From the NCBI GenBank assembly GCA_964410585.1, contig CAYPFW010000001.1, forward strand, positions 96,001-160,000: a stretch of DNA of 64,000 nt, in the 5' to 3' direction. Made by a program: the position numbers and the translations under genes. The notes under the pieces were generated by a model. That model was not told the DNA's origin. It saw only the letters and a list, made by a program, of their open reading frames with translations, and did not search any database. Source of the DNA: an uncultured archaeon. GTDB taxonomy: Archaea; Aenigmatarchaeota; Aenigmatarchaeia; QMZP01; JACQNV01. This document shows positions 45,808 through 55,460 of the stretch, in pieces (the stretch's first letter is position 1; the number at the start of each line of letters is the position of its first letter).

Positions 45808-46611
45808 ATGGATGCTCAAGTGAAAAGGTTTGTTTCTGGAGAAAGGCTTGGTGATGCAGTTTCTAGGGCAAAAAAACTAAACAAACAAGGGATAAACTCT
45901 ATAATAAGTCATTTGAGTGAAAACGTAAAAATTAAAAAACAGGCAACTGAGAACGCTTTTTTATATTTAGAAATAATTGACCAAATATCAAAAAATAAAT
46001 TGTCTTCTTCCATCTGTCTAAAACCTTCTCAAATTGGTCTGTTGATCGAACAACCTTTTTGTGGAAGTAATATCCAAAAAATACTTAAAGTTGCATCTAA
46101 AAATAATGTCTTTGTTTGGATTGATACAGAAGACCAAAAGCACGCAAAAAAATCTTTGAATATTTTCAAAAACTTTTCAAAGTCGTATGAAAATATGGGG
46201 ATAGTAATCCATGCAAGCATGCTGGGAACAGGGGAAATTCTCGAAGGTTTAATAAAACAAAATGCAAGAATAGCAATAACAAAAGGAATTGAAGAAAGAA
46301 CAGAAAACACATTCAAAACAGACTTTCAAATTAATTTGAATTATTTAAAGCTAATGAATACACTTTTTGAAAAGTCAGATAAGTTTGCGATTTCAACAAC
46401 TGATTTCAAAATGATAAAACATGCAGATAATCTCCAACACAGATATAAAAGAAGCTTTGAGTTCCAATTTTTAATGGGCGTGAGACCCAAACTTGAAATA
46501 AATTTAGTAAGGTCTGGATATATTGTTTCAGAGCATGTTCCTTTTGGGCATGATTGGAAAGATTATTATGAAAAAAGAATAAGAGAGCAAAATTTACATA
46601 TACTTGAATAG
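45808..46611 (+). CDS. Proline dehydrogenase-like protein (degenerate motifs)
   Basis: RFVSGE, KPSQIGL, FVWIDTED, FEFQFLMGVR, VPFG..W. Confidence 0.75.
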   Translation: MDAQVKRFVSGERLGDAVSRAKKLNKQGINSIISHLSENVKIKKQATENAFLYLEIIDQISKNKLSSSICLKPSQIGLLIEQPFCGSNIQKILKVASKNNVFVWIDTEDQKHAKKSLNIFKNFSKSYENMGIVIHASMLGTGEILEGLIKQNARIAITKGIEERTENTFKTDFQINLNYLKLMNTLFEKSDKFAISTTDFKMIKHADNLQHRYKRSFEFQFLMGVRPKLEINLVRSGYIVSEHVPFGHDWKDYYEKRIREQNLHILE

Positions 46612-46623
46612 AAAAAAACCGCG

Positions 46624-47136
46624 ATGATATCGCGGACAATTATTATGACATACCTAACTTTGGCTTGTGTTGTTTCATTTGTGGCAGCTTTTTTAGCTTT
46701 TGCTTCAATCTTTCTAATTTTTTCAGGCAACTTATTTTTGGCAAGCTTACTTTTGATAGTTTGTGTGATTTTAGATTTTTTAGATGGTAAAGTTGCAAGG
46801 CTGATGAACCAAGCATCTGATTTTGGTAAACAAATAGATTCGCTTGTTGATGTTTTGTGCTTCGGCGTAGCACCTGCTCTATTACTTGCTTCTACTTTAA
46901 TTCTCCCCTGGAATTTCTTGCCATTTTTAATTGTTTTGGGTGGAATTTATAGACTTGCAAGATATAATGTTGAAAATCAAAATACACACTTTAAGGGCAT
47001 GCCAATTACTGCCAATGGTTTGATTGTACCAATTTTCTACTTGTCGGGTTTTTTGAACATGTACACAAGTATGGGCCTTTCGATTGTTTTGTTTGTTTTG
47101 ATGGTGAGCACCCTGAGAATAAAAAAGATTTTTTAG
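46624..47136 (+). CDS. CDP-alcohol phosphatidyltransferase (PssA-like)
   Basis: DFLDGKVAR..SDFGKQIDSLVD, FGVAP, RLARYN. Confidence 0.92.
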   Translation: MISRTIIMTYLTLACVVSFVAAFLAFASIFLIFSGNLFLASLLLIVCVILDFLDGKVARLMNQASDFGKQIDSLVDVLCFGVAPALLLASTLILPWNFLPFLIVLGGIYRLARYNVENQNTHFKGMPITANGLIVPIFYLSGFLNMYTSMGLSIVLFVLMVSTLRIKKIF

Positions 47137-47205
47137 AAAACAACAAGAATTTATTGTTGATCATACATAATTAGACTATAATATCAAGGAGTTGTGTTTG
47201 TGTTT

Positions 47206-48120
47206 ATGGAATCTAGTGAAAAAATAGTTGTTTTAGATTTATCTAATAGAGGAAAGATAGAGGTAAAAGGTGAGGATGCACAAGAATTTCTCCAAAATAT
47301 TTCTTCAAACGATGTAAGAGTTTCGCCTGGAAAATCAGTTAAATCTGCCTTTTTAGATAAATTTGGAAAGCTGATAGGAATAATCTGCATACACAAACCA
47401 AAAGACCAATATGGATTTATTTTAGATGCAGATGTTTTAGCAACGCCAAAAATTGTCGATTACCTTCAATCTCAAGCCAAATTAACAAAATCCTCAATAG
47501 AAAACATAACATATAAACAAGGAATAATCCATATTTCTGGATCAAAGGCCGACTATTTGTTAGACGAATTAGAAGCCAAAGTAGACATGAAAGAGCTTAT
47601 TGTTTCAAGAAATGATAGGTTTTCAAAAACAGGCGATGTGGTCCATGGATTTGATATTTTCCTACCTGTTTTAAAAATTAGAAATGTTTTTGAGTCAATA
47701 ATGTCTTCTCCATTTAAACCTGTTTTTATTAAGCCGGAAGAATATGAGCCTTTGCGTGTTTTGAAAGGAATTCCGGAATTTGGAAAGGACTATGATGAAG
47801 AATACACGATAATGGAAGTTGGGACAGATGATTGCGTTTCATATAATAAGGGTTGTTTTGTTGGTCAAGAAGTTGTCGCAAGAATGAAAGCATATAATGG
47901 CGAAATACCACAAAAAATTGTCAAATTAAAGTCAGAGAAAAAAATTGAAAAAGGATCCAAATTGTACAAAATAACAGATAAAAGAAATGATGCGGGAAAA
48001 ATAACAAGTATGGTTGATTTTAAAGGCGAGTATTTCTATCTTGCAACTGTCAAAAAACCGTTTTATACAAAAGGAGAACAAGTAGAAGATACGATGGGAA
48101 AGAAGCTTACTGTTCTCTAA
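47206..48120 (+). CDS. YgfZ/GcvT-like folate-binding protein
   Basis: G.DAQEFLQ, KGCFVGQEVVAR signature. Confidence 0.88.
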   Translation: MESSEKIVVLDLSNRGKIEVKGEDAQEFLQNISSNDVRVSPGKSVKSAFLDKFGKLIGIICIHKPKDQYGFILDADVLATPKIVDYLQSQAKLTKSSIENITYKQGIIHISGSKADYLLDELEAKVDMKELIVSRNDRFSKTGDVVHGFDIFLPVLKIRNVFESIMSSPFKPVFIKPEEYEPLRVLKGIPEFGKDYDEEYTIMEVGTDDCVSYNKGCFVGQEVVARMKAYNGEIPQKIVKLKSEKKIEKGSKLYKITDKRNDAGKITSMVDFKGEYFYLATVKKPFYTKGEQVEDTMGKKLTVL

Positions 48121-48124
48121 TTTA

Positions 48125-49573
48125 TTATTTTCTTAATTGAGATAATCTTGGTCTCCAAGTATCTATACACTCTGTTCCCAAATAGCTCAGGTCTCTCAAT
48201 GCTGTGTGTATAGTATTTTCTAAGAAACGATATATTCCACCTTCGCTTGGTAACCTAAGCCTTCTTGCAAGTTGCAAAGCCGAAAATCCATACTCAAAAG
48301 CTTTTTCATAATACATTTCCCTTTCTTTTAATTCACACTCAAAATCTGTGAGCTGCCTACATGCAAAAGATGCCTGGTGATATGCAATAGCTAAAGATCG
48401 TGAATCTGGTTTTGCCTTATCAGAGATGTCCAAGCCTCGCTTTCTAGCATCCAAAGAATTAAGCCACCAAAGTTTTTGTCGGCTTATTTTAGCAACTTCT
48501 CCGGCAGAATTTGCTGCGAAATTATAGTTTTTAAAAGCTTGTTGAGGAGAATCTTCCTCAAATATACGTCCAGCATTCATGTTATATTCATATGAGTGTT
48601 CTGCCCATAAAATTGCTTCTGAGCGAGTTCTTGCAATTTTAAATAAAGAATATGTGTCGGAGCCTAAAGATCCTAAAGTATGTGCTTTATCTGTTGGTGT
48701 TGGTGAAGAATGAAGGAGTTTATAATCTATCTCAAGTGCTTGATGAAACCAATATCTTTTAGTACCAATATCGTTAGACTCTTGTGCTATTTTAACTGCA
48801 GTTCTGGCAGAAACATACAATGATATTCTTTTATATTTCGGTTCCTTCGATGAAGCTGCAGCCTTTCTACTACAGTCATATGACTTCATTAGCCAAAGCT
48901 CTCTATCTTTTGTCTTTGAATCTTGTGCGATTTTGGTAGCTGTTGAGGCTGCATTTTTGAAATTTAAAGATGCAAATCTGTTTCCTGTTCTTTCATTCAA
49001 TTGACCTAAACACATTTCGAGATCAAATAAAGTTTCATCAAAGCATGGATTTTCATCTGAAAGACTTTTTGCAACTTTTAGAGCGTTTGCAATTGAACCA
49101 GCTGAAACACTGGGATCGATTTCTGGAGCTTCAATGTCGAGTTCTGCTGCATGTTGTATGGCTCTTTTTCCCCATTTGATTCTCCTTTCTCCTGTAGACG
49201 ATCTTCTAAAAATTTCAGACGATATTCTAGCTAGCCTACCGGCAGCTATAACTGTTTGTCTAACATCTTGTATATCAGCAAAAAGTAGATCTTCTTGATT
49301 TCTGTAAAGCTCTTCTAACCAATAAGTTTCGTTTCCATTTAATGAATCCAATTTTTCACCACATTTACTTGCACAGATAAGAGCAATTCGTGTTATGGCG
49401 TGATGTCCGTAATGACGATGTGCTATATCTCTAAATTCAGCAAAAAGCATTCTTAATTGTGGATCCTTTTCTTCTGGACTCAAATCATCTATAGAATCAA
49501 GCCTGTGCTGAGCTTCTTGTAACTCTGGAACATGATACCAACCCCTTTTAGAAATTTGAGATGTTTTTTCCAT
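48125..49573 (-). CDS. Hypothetical alpha-helical repeat protein
   Basis: Ala-rich TPR-like periodicity with recurring W residues. Confidence 0.6.
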   Translation of the reverse strand: MEKTSQISKRGWYHVPELQEAQHRLDSIDDLSPEEKDPQLRMLFAEFRDIAHRHYGHHAITRIALICASKCGEKLDSLNGNETYWLEELYRNQEDLLFADIQDVRQTVIAAGRLARISSEIFRRSSTGERRIKWGKRAIQHAAELDIEAPEIDPSVSAGSIANALKVAKSLSDENPCFDETLFDLEMCLGQLNERTGNRFASLNFKNAASTATKIAQDSKTKDRELWLMKSYDCSRKAAASSKEPKYKRISLYVSARTAVKIAQESNDIGTKRYWFHQALEIDYKLLHSSPTPTDKAHTLGSLGSDTYSLFKIARTRSEAILWAEHSYEYNMNAGRIFEEDSPQQAFKNYNFAANSAGEVAKISRQKLWWLNSLDARKRGLDISDKAKPDSRSLAIAYHQASFACRQLTDFECELKEREMYYEKAFEYGFSALQLARRLRLPSEGGIYRFLENTIHTALRDLSYLGTECIDTWRPRLSQLRK

Positions 49574-49694
49574 TAAACCCCCACTATAGAAGCAATATTG
49601 TGTAGTAAAAAATAAATGCTTAATTTGACTAAAATATAACACCGTTATTAATGGAAAAACCTATTTAAATACCCAACATAATTATAACCAGATA

Positions 49695-51572
49695 GTGGTG
49701 ACATATTTTGATATGCTTGGATATTTTTTTAAAAGACAGGATAGAGTATCCCCAAAACAGGATCAGAGAAGGCCTGTTGAATTAGATTTAAACACAGATG
49801 TAACACAGGTCTACGATTTTATTAATTCTAATGGTAGAAGCCAGGATAGACTAAATTTGGCCAGACAAAATGGAATTCAGAGAGGACATTTGGGTATTGC
49901 TTATCATGCCTCTCAAACAGCCCAAAAACCTCTTACACAAGACGAATTGTTGAGAGCGTTTAGAAATTATCTATATAGAAATAGCTCATTTTTCCCTAAA
50001 ACTAAAGATGCAGTACAGGAAGGTGTCTCAATTCAAGAAGAGGCTAAACTATCCTCAGATGAGTTTGAAGAACAATTTGTTAGAGTGGATAATCTAAGAG
50101 AGCTTTCAAGAACTAATGCTGCTCTTGGAAATTTGGAAGCTTCAAGAAATTATGAAAAGCAAGCAACAGAGCTTGAAGATAAATTGAAGGAGACGTATTC
50201 TGAAGTTGCAAATGCTGTTGCAACAACTCTTCCAGTAGGTGAGTGTTTAACAAGAGATCCTAGACAAGTTTTCACAAGATTTGATGTAAATGGTCAAAGT
50301 TTGGGTCCTGACTTTTTAGAAGAAGGTCAAGCCTTAGCATACTCTGGTTCTTCTATGGCTGTTATATTTGCTGATTTATTCAGAACAACTGCTGAAGATG
50401 AAGTTTATGAACTTGGAAAAAATGCAGCACAGATTGTTTTGAACAGAAAGCTAGGATCAATGTATGAAAGTTTTGAAGAGTTTGAAGCTGCAAATGGGAT
50501 TATTTTAGATGATAGATCAGAAGGATTAAGTGATAGAGAAAGGGCTAGAATTATTTTTGAATCTGCAAGAAGCGGGAAACCAACAAGGGCCGACATCACA
50601 GAGCACTTGGGTCAACTTCCAAAATATTCTGTTTTAGATCCTTTGCTTACATCAGACCAAAAAATTGTATCGAGGTACATGGCTTTGTTTAGACCTAAAA
50701 TTGCACAGAAGGTAAAAAGGGATCTTGGGCTAGCTGATTTTGATTTGTTTGGTGCATACGAAGAACGAGAACAAGTAAGGGAAGAACTAAAAGGATTTTT
50801 GTCTTCTGAAACAGATGCAGGGAAGGTTCCTGAAGAAAATGAGGCGTTTTCAAGAGGAATTCAGCTTGATAGAACTATCAAAAAAGCAGAATCAGCTTTC
50901 CACCTAAGAATGGAGCAGTTGAAAAGAGAAATAATGGATGATGTAAAAGAATTAGAGGATATTGCTGATTCATCAAAACTTCACCAACTTTTGAGAGTTT
51001 TAGAAAGCCCAACAATTGAAGATGCGAGAAAAAGTCTTGAGACACTAAGAAAAGCAACATACAGTTGGCTTTTGGACAAGGGCTATTTTGATTTTGTTGG
51101 AGATAAACAAGCAAATGAGTTTATAGTTGATGAATATGAAACCCAAGCAAATAGGTTCTATGAACAGGAGTTTGTTCTTGGAAAAGCTTTGGTAGAGGGC
51201 GATTTGGGTTTAGACACATTAACAAATCTAACAGAGACAGCTCAAAGAATAGAAAAAATTAGACAATTGAAAGTTGTAAAAAGAGTAGAGACAAAAGTAG
51301 GTCCATTAGTCAAACAAGAAGTTGTTGATTCTGCATATATTAATGCAGCTAATTATGGATTAGCATATTTGAATGCAGTTATTGAAAATGAGCCTGTTGA
51401 GTTTTTGGAATCTGAAACTGGAAGAAGCACAATAAAAACAGCAACAGATGCACTTGTTTGGTATGCTGATAAACTAAAAGATAAACAGACTGGATCTGTT
51501 TTAAGGCAGGCTTTGACAGAAATAGATGAGAGAATTAAAAGTAAAAAGCAAAAAGTGGCAATAAACAAGTAA
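49695..51572 (+). CDS. Hypothetical helical/coiled-coil protein
   Basis: 625-aa ORF with TTTAAATA upstream. Confidence 0.65.
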   Translation: MVTYFDMLGYFFKRQDRVSPKQDQRRPVELDLNTDVTQVYDFINSNGRSQDRLNLARQNGIQRGHLGIAYHASQTAQKPLTQDELLRAFRNYLYRNSSFFPKTKDAVQEGVSIQEEAKLSSDEFEEQFVRVDNLRELSRTNAALGNLEASRNYEKQATELEDKLKETYSEVANAVATTLPVGECLTRDPRQVFTRFDVNGQSLGPDFLEEGQALAYSGSSMAVIFADLFRTTAEDEVYELGKNAAQIVLNRKLGSMYESFEEFEAANGIILDDRSEGLSDRERARIIFESARSGKPTRADITEHLGQLPKYSVLDPLLTSDQKIVSRYMALFRPKIAQKVKRDLGLADFDLFGAYEEREQVREELKGFLSSETDAGKVPEENEAFSRGIQLDRTIKKAESAFHLRMEQLKREIMDDVKELEDIADSSKLHQLLRVLESPTIEDARKSLETLRKATYSWLLDKGYFDFVGDKQANEFIVDEYETQANRFYEQEFVLGKALVEGDLGLDTLTNLTETAQRIEKIRQLKVVKRVETKVGPLVKQEVVDSAYINAANYGLAYLNAVIENEPVEFLESETGRSTIKTATDALVWYADKLKDKQTGSVLRQALTEIDERIKSKKQKVAINK

Positions 51573-51583
51573 CGTGTACCTAG

Positions 51584-52225
51584 CTAATAAGGAAGCATAT
51601 ACGAGCTTAAATTTTTCACAGGTTTTCCTGGTATAATAAAGTGCTCTCTACATCTTGCCACATAGGCCTCGTGTGCACCTATTAAAATTATTGGTGCATC
51701 GTATGGAGCTGGTTCACCATTTATTATTCTTTGTGAATGTATTCCTTGTTTTCCGCAAATTTTTTGCTCGCCATTTGGTTTTATTGTTTTGTGTGTGCAA
51801 ATTGAAGAAAGTTTAATTACGGAATCTGCTTTTGCAAAGAGTTCGCCGATGTTTTTCTTTGAGTCTCTGAAGGGGAAAGGCTCTCCCCTAAAATCCATGC
51901 TTAGACATCCTATAATAACTCTTATTTTTCTTGCAATTAGACTATCAACAACATCCAAAGCATCTTCTCCTAAAAATTGTATTTCATCAATCCCAACAAC
52001 ATCTGCATTTCTGTACAAATATCGCAAAATATCTTTCGCGTTTACAACAGGAATAGCCTCTAGACTTCTTCCATCGTGGGAAGTTATGTGCTCTAATCCA
52101 TATCTTGTATCTATTTGTGGTTTGAAAACTTGCACATTCTGGCCAGCGATGAAAGCTCTTTTCAGCCTGCGGATAAGTTCTTCTGATTTTCCAGAAAACA
52201 TTGGGCCTGTGATCACTTCAAGCAT
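51584..52225 (-). CDS. tdk: Thymidine kinase
   Basis: GPMFSGKSEEL, FKP.IDTR, IDEIQF, DFRGEPF, Y.ARCR. Confidence 0.95.
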   Translation of the reverse strand: MLEVITGPMFSGKSEELIRRLKRAFIAGQNVQVFKPQIDTRYGLEHITSHDGRSLEAIPVVNAKDILRYLYRNADVVGIDEIQFLGEDALDVVDSLIARKIRVIIGCLSMDFRGEPFPFRDSKKNIGELFAKADSVIKLSSICTHKTIKPNGEQKICGKQGIHSQRIINGEPAPYDAPIILIGAHEAYVARCREHFIIPGKPVKNLSSYMLPY

Positions 52226-52252
52226 ATTTTATTTGTGATTGGATTTTATAAG

Positions 52253-52897
52253 TTAGTATGATTTTTCCACACCAACTCTTGGGCAAATTTTTTCCAATAC
52301 ACATTTAGAACAAAATGGTGTCTGTGCCTTGCAAATCTCTCTTCCATGGTAAATCATCAGTAAGGAGTATTCATCCCAATATTTTTTTGGAACCAAAGGA
52401 AGAAGATCTTGTTCAATCCTTTTTGCATCTTTGTGTTTGCTCAAACCAAGCCTATGTGCCAATCGGATATTGTGTGTGTCGATTGTTATTCCCTCCAATT
52501 TTCCAAAACAAGTAGCCAAAACAACTGTAGCTATTTTTCTTCCTATCCCAGGAAGCTCGATCAAATCTTCATATTTGTCTGGAACTTGGCCTTTATGCCT
52601 TTCAACTAAAATCTCACATGTTTTTTTGATGTTCCTAGCTTTCCCTTTATACAAACCTAAAGTTTTAATGTATTTCTCAATTTCTTCAATAGGCGCCCGA
52701 GCAAAATCTTTTGGAGTTTTAAACCTAGAAAAAAGAGCCGGTGTCACCTTATTTACAGCCGCATCTGAACACTGCGCAGAAAGCATAGCAGAAACCATCA
52801 TTTGAAAATTATTTTTGAAGTTTAGATTACATTCCACATTTGGATATTGATTTTGGAGAAGTTGCATGATTTTTGAAACTTTGGTTTTTTGGTCCAT
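52253..52897 (-). CDS. nth: Endonuclease III
   Basis: LSAQCSD, HhH LPGIGRKIA, IDTH, C-x6-C-x2-C-x5-C. Confidence 0.95.
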   Translation of the reverse strand: MDQKTKVSKIMQLLQNQYPNVECNLNFKNNFQMMVSAMLSAQCSDAAVNKVTPALFSRFKTPKDFARAPIEEIEKYIKTLGLYKGKARNIKKTCEILVERHKGQVPDKYEDLIELPGIGRKIATVVLATCFGKLEGITIDTHNIRLAHRLGLSKHKDAKRIEQDLLPLVPKKYWDEYSLLMIYHGREICKAQTPFCSKCVLEKICPRVGVEKSY

Positions 52898-52946
52898 ACT
52901 ATTACTTGGTATCGGCTTTTTAAACTAATTGTTTATTATATTTGCT

Positions 52947-53336
52947 ATGTCAGAAAATCCTCAAGAGCCAAAGAAGCTCAAAAAGTCTCAAATACCAGAC
53001 GCAGTAAAAGGTGACAAAACAAGAACAGACTATGATGTGACCTATGAGCACGATAGGACAAAGAAAAAAATCTGGAAGCTGAGAATTATTTACAACAAAA
53101 AGGGTTGTGTAGCTTCTGGACACTGTGTTTTGTCTGATCCTTACAATTTTGAACTAGACGAAGAGTTTAAGGCGATTTTGAAAGAAGGTAAGCCTTTAAG
53201 CGGCGTCCAGCAAGGTGTTTTTGTGAAAGAAATAGAAACAGATGCTCCACATTTAATTTTGAACGCAGCCAAAACATGCACACCCCGAGTTATAGCTGTT
53301 ATTGACAAAGAAACCGGGAAGAGAATTGCACCTTAG
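52947..53336 (+). CDS. Ferredoxin-like protein
   Basis: GCVASGHC...AAKTCTPRVI; paralog of the next gene. Confidence 0.7.
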   Translation: MSENPQEPKKLKKSQIPDAVKGDKTRTDYDVTYEHDRTKKKIWKLRIIYNKKGCVASGHCVLSDPYNFELDEEFKAILKEGKPLSGVQQGVFVKEIETDAPHLILNAAKTCTPRVIAVIDKETGKRIAP

Positions 53337-53398
53337 TGTTTCGACTTTTAAAATATATAAATACCATTTACAATGTATAGTATTTTTCGGAGGATAAT

Positions 53399-53671
53399 AT
53401 GAGTTTTCCTAAAGAGATAAAAATGGTCTACGATAGGAATGGTTGCATAGGTGCAGCAGCTTGCGCAGCAATAAATCCAGAAGATTTTGTGATGAATGAT
53501 GATGGAAAAGCTGATTTGGTTCAAGCAAAGAAAGAAGGCGATAAATTCATAAAAATTTTACATGTTCCAAATCAGGACTTATTAGATAAAATAGTTGATT
53601 CTGCAAAAGGATGCCCTGTTGATGTCATCGAGGTCTGGGATGTGAAAGAGAACAAAAAATTGGCACCCTAA
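53399..53671 (+). CDS. Ferredoxin
   Basis: CIGAAACA...AKGCPVDVI. Confidence 0.88.
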   Translation: MSFPKEIKMVYDRNGCIGAAACAAINPEDFVMNDDGKADLVQAKKEGDKFIKILHVPNQDLLDKIVDSAKGCPVDVIEVWDVKENKKLAP

Positions 53672-53717
53672 TATTAATTCTGTACTATATTTTTAAGTCG
53701 GTTATCAAATTTACTTG

Positions 53718-54161
53718 ATGAGAAATGAAAAGTCGGCTGGTGCTGTTGTTTTTAGGAAAGATAATGATAAAATTATATATCTTCTTCTTCACTATGCGTC
53801 TGGACATTGGGATTTTCCCAAAGGACATATAGAGAACCAAGAAACAGAGGAGCAGACAACTAAAAGAGAAATAAAAGAGGAAACTGGGATAGATGACGTT
53901 GAGTTTGTTACAGGTTTTAGAGATCCTATAAAATATTTTTTCAGAGCAAAAGGTGAGATGATAAATAAGACAGTTGTTTTCTTTTTAGTCGAAACAAAAA
54001 CAGAGGAAGTGAAAATTTCATTTGAGCACAAAGGCTTCAAGTGGCTGGAATACCCAGAAGCTCACAAAGAACTGACTTTCAAGAATGCAAAAGATACACT
54101 TCAAAAAGCAGATGAATTTTTGAAAGGAAAAGGAAGTTTGAGAGGATTTTTGAAATCCTAA
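53718..54161 (+). CDS. Nudix hydrolase (Ap4A hydrolase-like)
   Basis: SAGAVVF, HWDFPKGH, REIKEETG, SFEH. Confidence 0.9.
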   Translation: MRNEKSAGAVVFRKDNDKIIYLLLHYASGHWDFPKGHIENQETEEQTTKREIKEETGIDDVEFVTGFRDPIKYFFRAKGEMINKTVVFFLVETKTEEVKISFEHKGFKWLEYPEAHKELTFKNAKDTLQKADEFLKGKGSLRGFLKS

Positions 54162-54183
54162 TTTTATTTCACTTTCTGAATCA

Positions 54184-55395
54184 TTATTTCTTCAAAAGAA
54201 TCAGTTGATCTTGCCTTTTATTTAGTATTTCTGGAGGACCTTCTGTGACTAAAACATCATACTCTGAAGATATTCTTCCTTGTCTCCCTTGTGGATCTAT
54301 AACACTTGGTTCAGAAGTCAATACCATGTTAGGCTCAAGAGGTCTGAACGGTTTGTTTCCATATTTAGGCATAGGTGATGCTGCAAGTGGTCCTATTCCA
54401 TGAGCCCCTTCTGCTGACAGAGAGTGACCTAAAGCATGATTAAATTCAACATAGCCTGCTTCAACTATTAAACTTCTTCCAGCCGCATCAACTTCAACGC
54501 CTTTTACACCGGGAACCATTTTTGTTATTGAAGCATCTCTTGCTCTAGCTTGTAATCTAAACATTTCCTCAACTCTTCTTGTTTCACTTTCTGAATTTGA
54601 ATCCGGAAGGAAGTATGTTCTCTGCAAATCAGCTGGCATGTTTGTTTCAGGATCCTTTACACCAAAATCAGTAAACACAACATAACCTGGTGTTATGACA
54701 TCATTTCCTGGAAGGTGGTGTCCTCTCACAGAATTATTTTTAACAGCAACTATAGGACAGGAGGCTGCTGCCCAAGATGGTTTTACTCCTCTTCTTTCCA
54801 TTTCTCTGTGGAAAAATTCAGCAACTTCTCTTTCTGTTTTCCCTTCTTTTAAAACATATTGTTCAGCTGCATCAAATATCTCGTCTGTAACTTTGACAGC
54901 TCTTCTTAATCCTTCTATTTCAGCTTGAGTTCTTCTTGCAAATGCTGAGTACAAAACATCTTCACTTTTTTCAGAATCTAGTGTGACTCCTGTATCTTGA
55001 AAGGCTTTTGAAAGTTTAAGGTACATTCCATATGTCAATGTATCAATGACACTTATATCGCCAGAAACAGACAAACCCAGTTTTGTAATGCCTACATTTT
55101 GTACTGCATCTGCAACAGATTTTGCTGGATCTTCATGATATTGGCGCTCGACAACATCAAACACTTCTCTAGGAACATTTCCAGCATCATGAACGCCAGC
55201 TACAACAATTGGTCTTTTTCCAGGTGTAACAATTATAGCGTGTTCACCTGATAATCCAGCACCAATAAGTTGATACATTAAATGATCTTCATGTTCTACT
55301 TCTCTACCAAAAAAAGCTAACCCATCTAATCCATGTGCAGATAATCCTTCTGCAATCATTGCAAGTCTATATGCTGCTCTTTCCTTATTCATCAC
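54184..55395 (-). CDS. M24 family Xaa-Pro peptidase
   Basis: TDFG, ADLQRT, HALGH, TSEP, EYDVLVT. Confidence 0.88.
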   Translation of the reverse strand: MMNKERAAYRLAMIAEGLSAHGLDGLAFFGREVEHEDHLMYQLIGAGLSGEHAIIVTPGKRPIVVAGVHDAGNVPREVFDVVERQYHEDPAKSVADAVQNVGITKLGLSVSGDISVIDTLTYGMYLKLSKAFQDTGVTLDSEKSEDVLYSAFARRTQAEIEGLRRAVKVTDEIFDAAEQYVLKEGKTEREVAEFFHREMERRGVKPSWAAASCPIVAVKNNSVRGHHLPGNDVITPGYVVFTDFGVKDPETNMPADLQRTYFLPDSNSESETRRVEEMFRLQARARDASITKMVPGVKGVEVDAAGRSLIVEAGYVEFNHALGHSLSAEGAHGIGPLAASPMPKYGNKPFRPLEPNMVLTSEPSVIDPQGRQGRISSEYDVLVTEGPPEILNKRQDQLILLKK

Positions 55396-55460
55396 TTTAT
55401 TTCGTACTAAGTTTTAAATAAGTTGATGGTTTATTTACTCGCTTAACCAAATATCAATTG

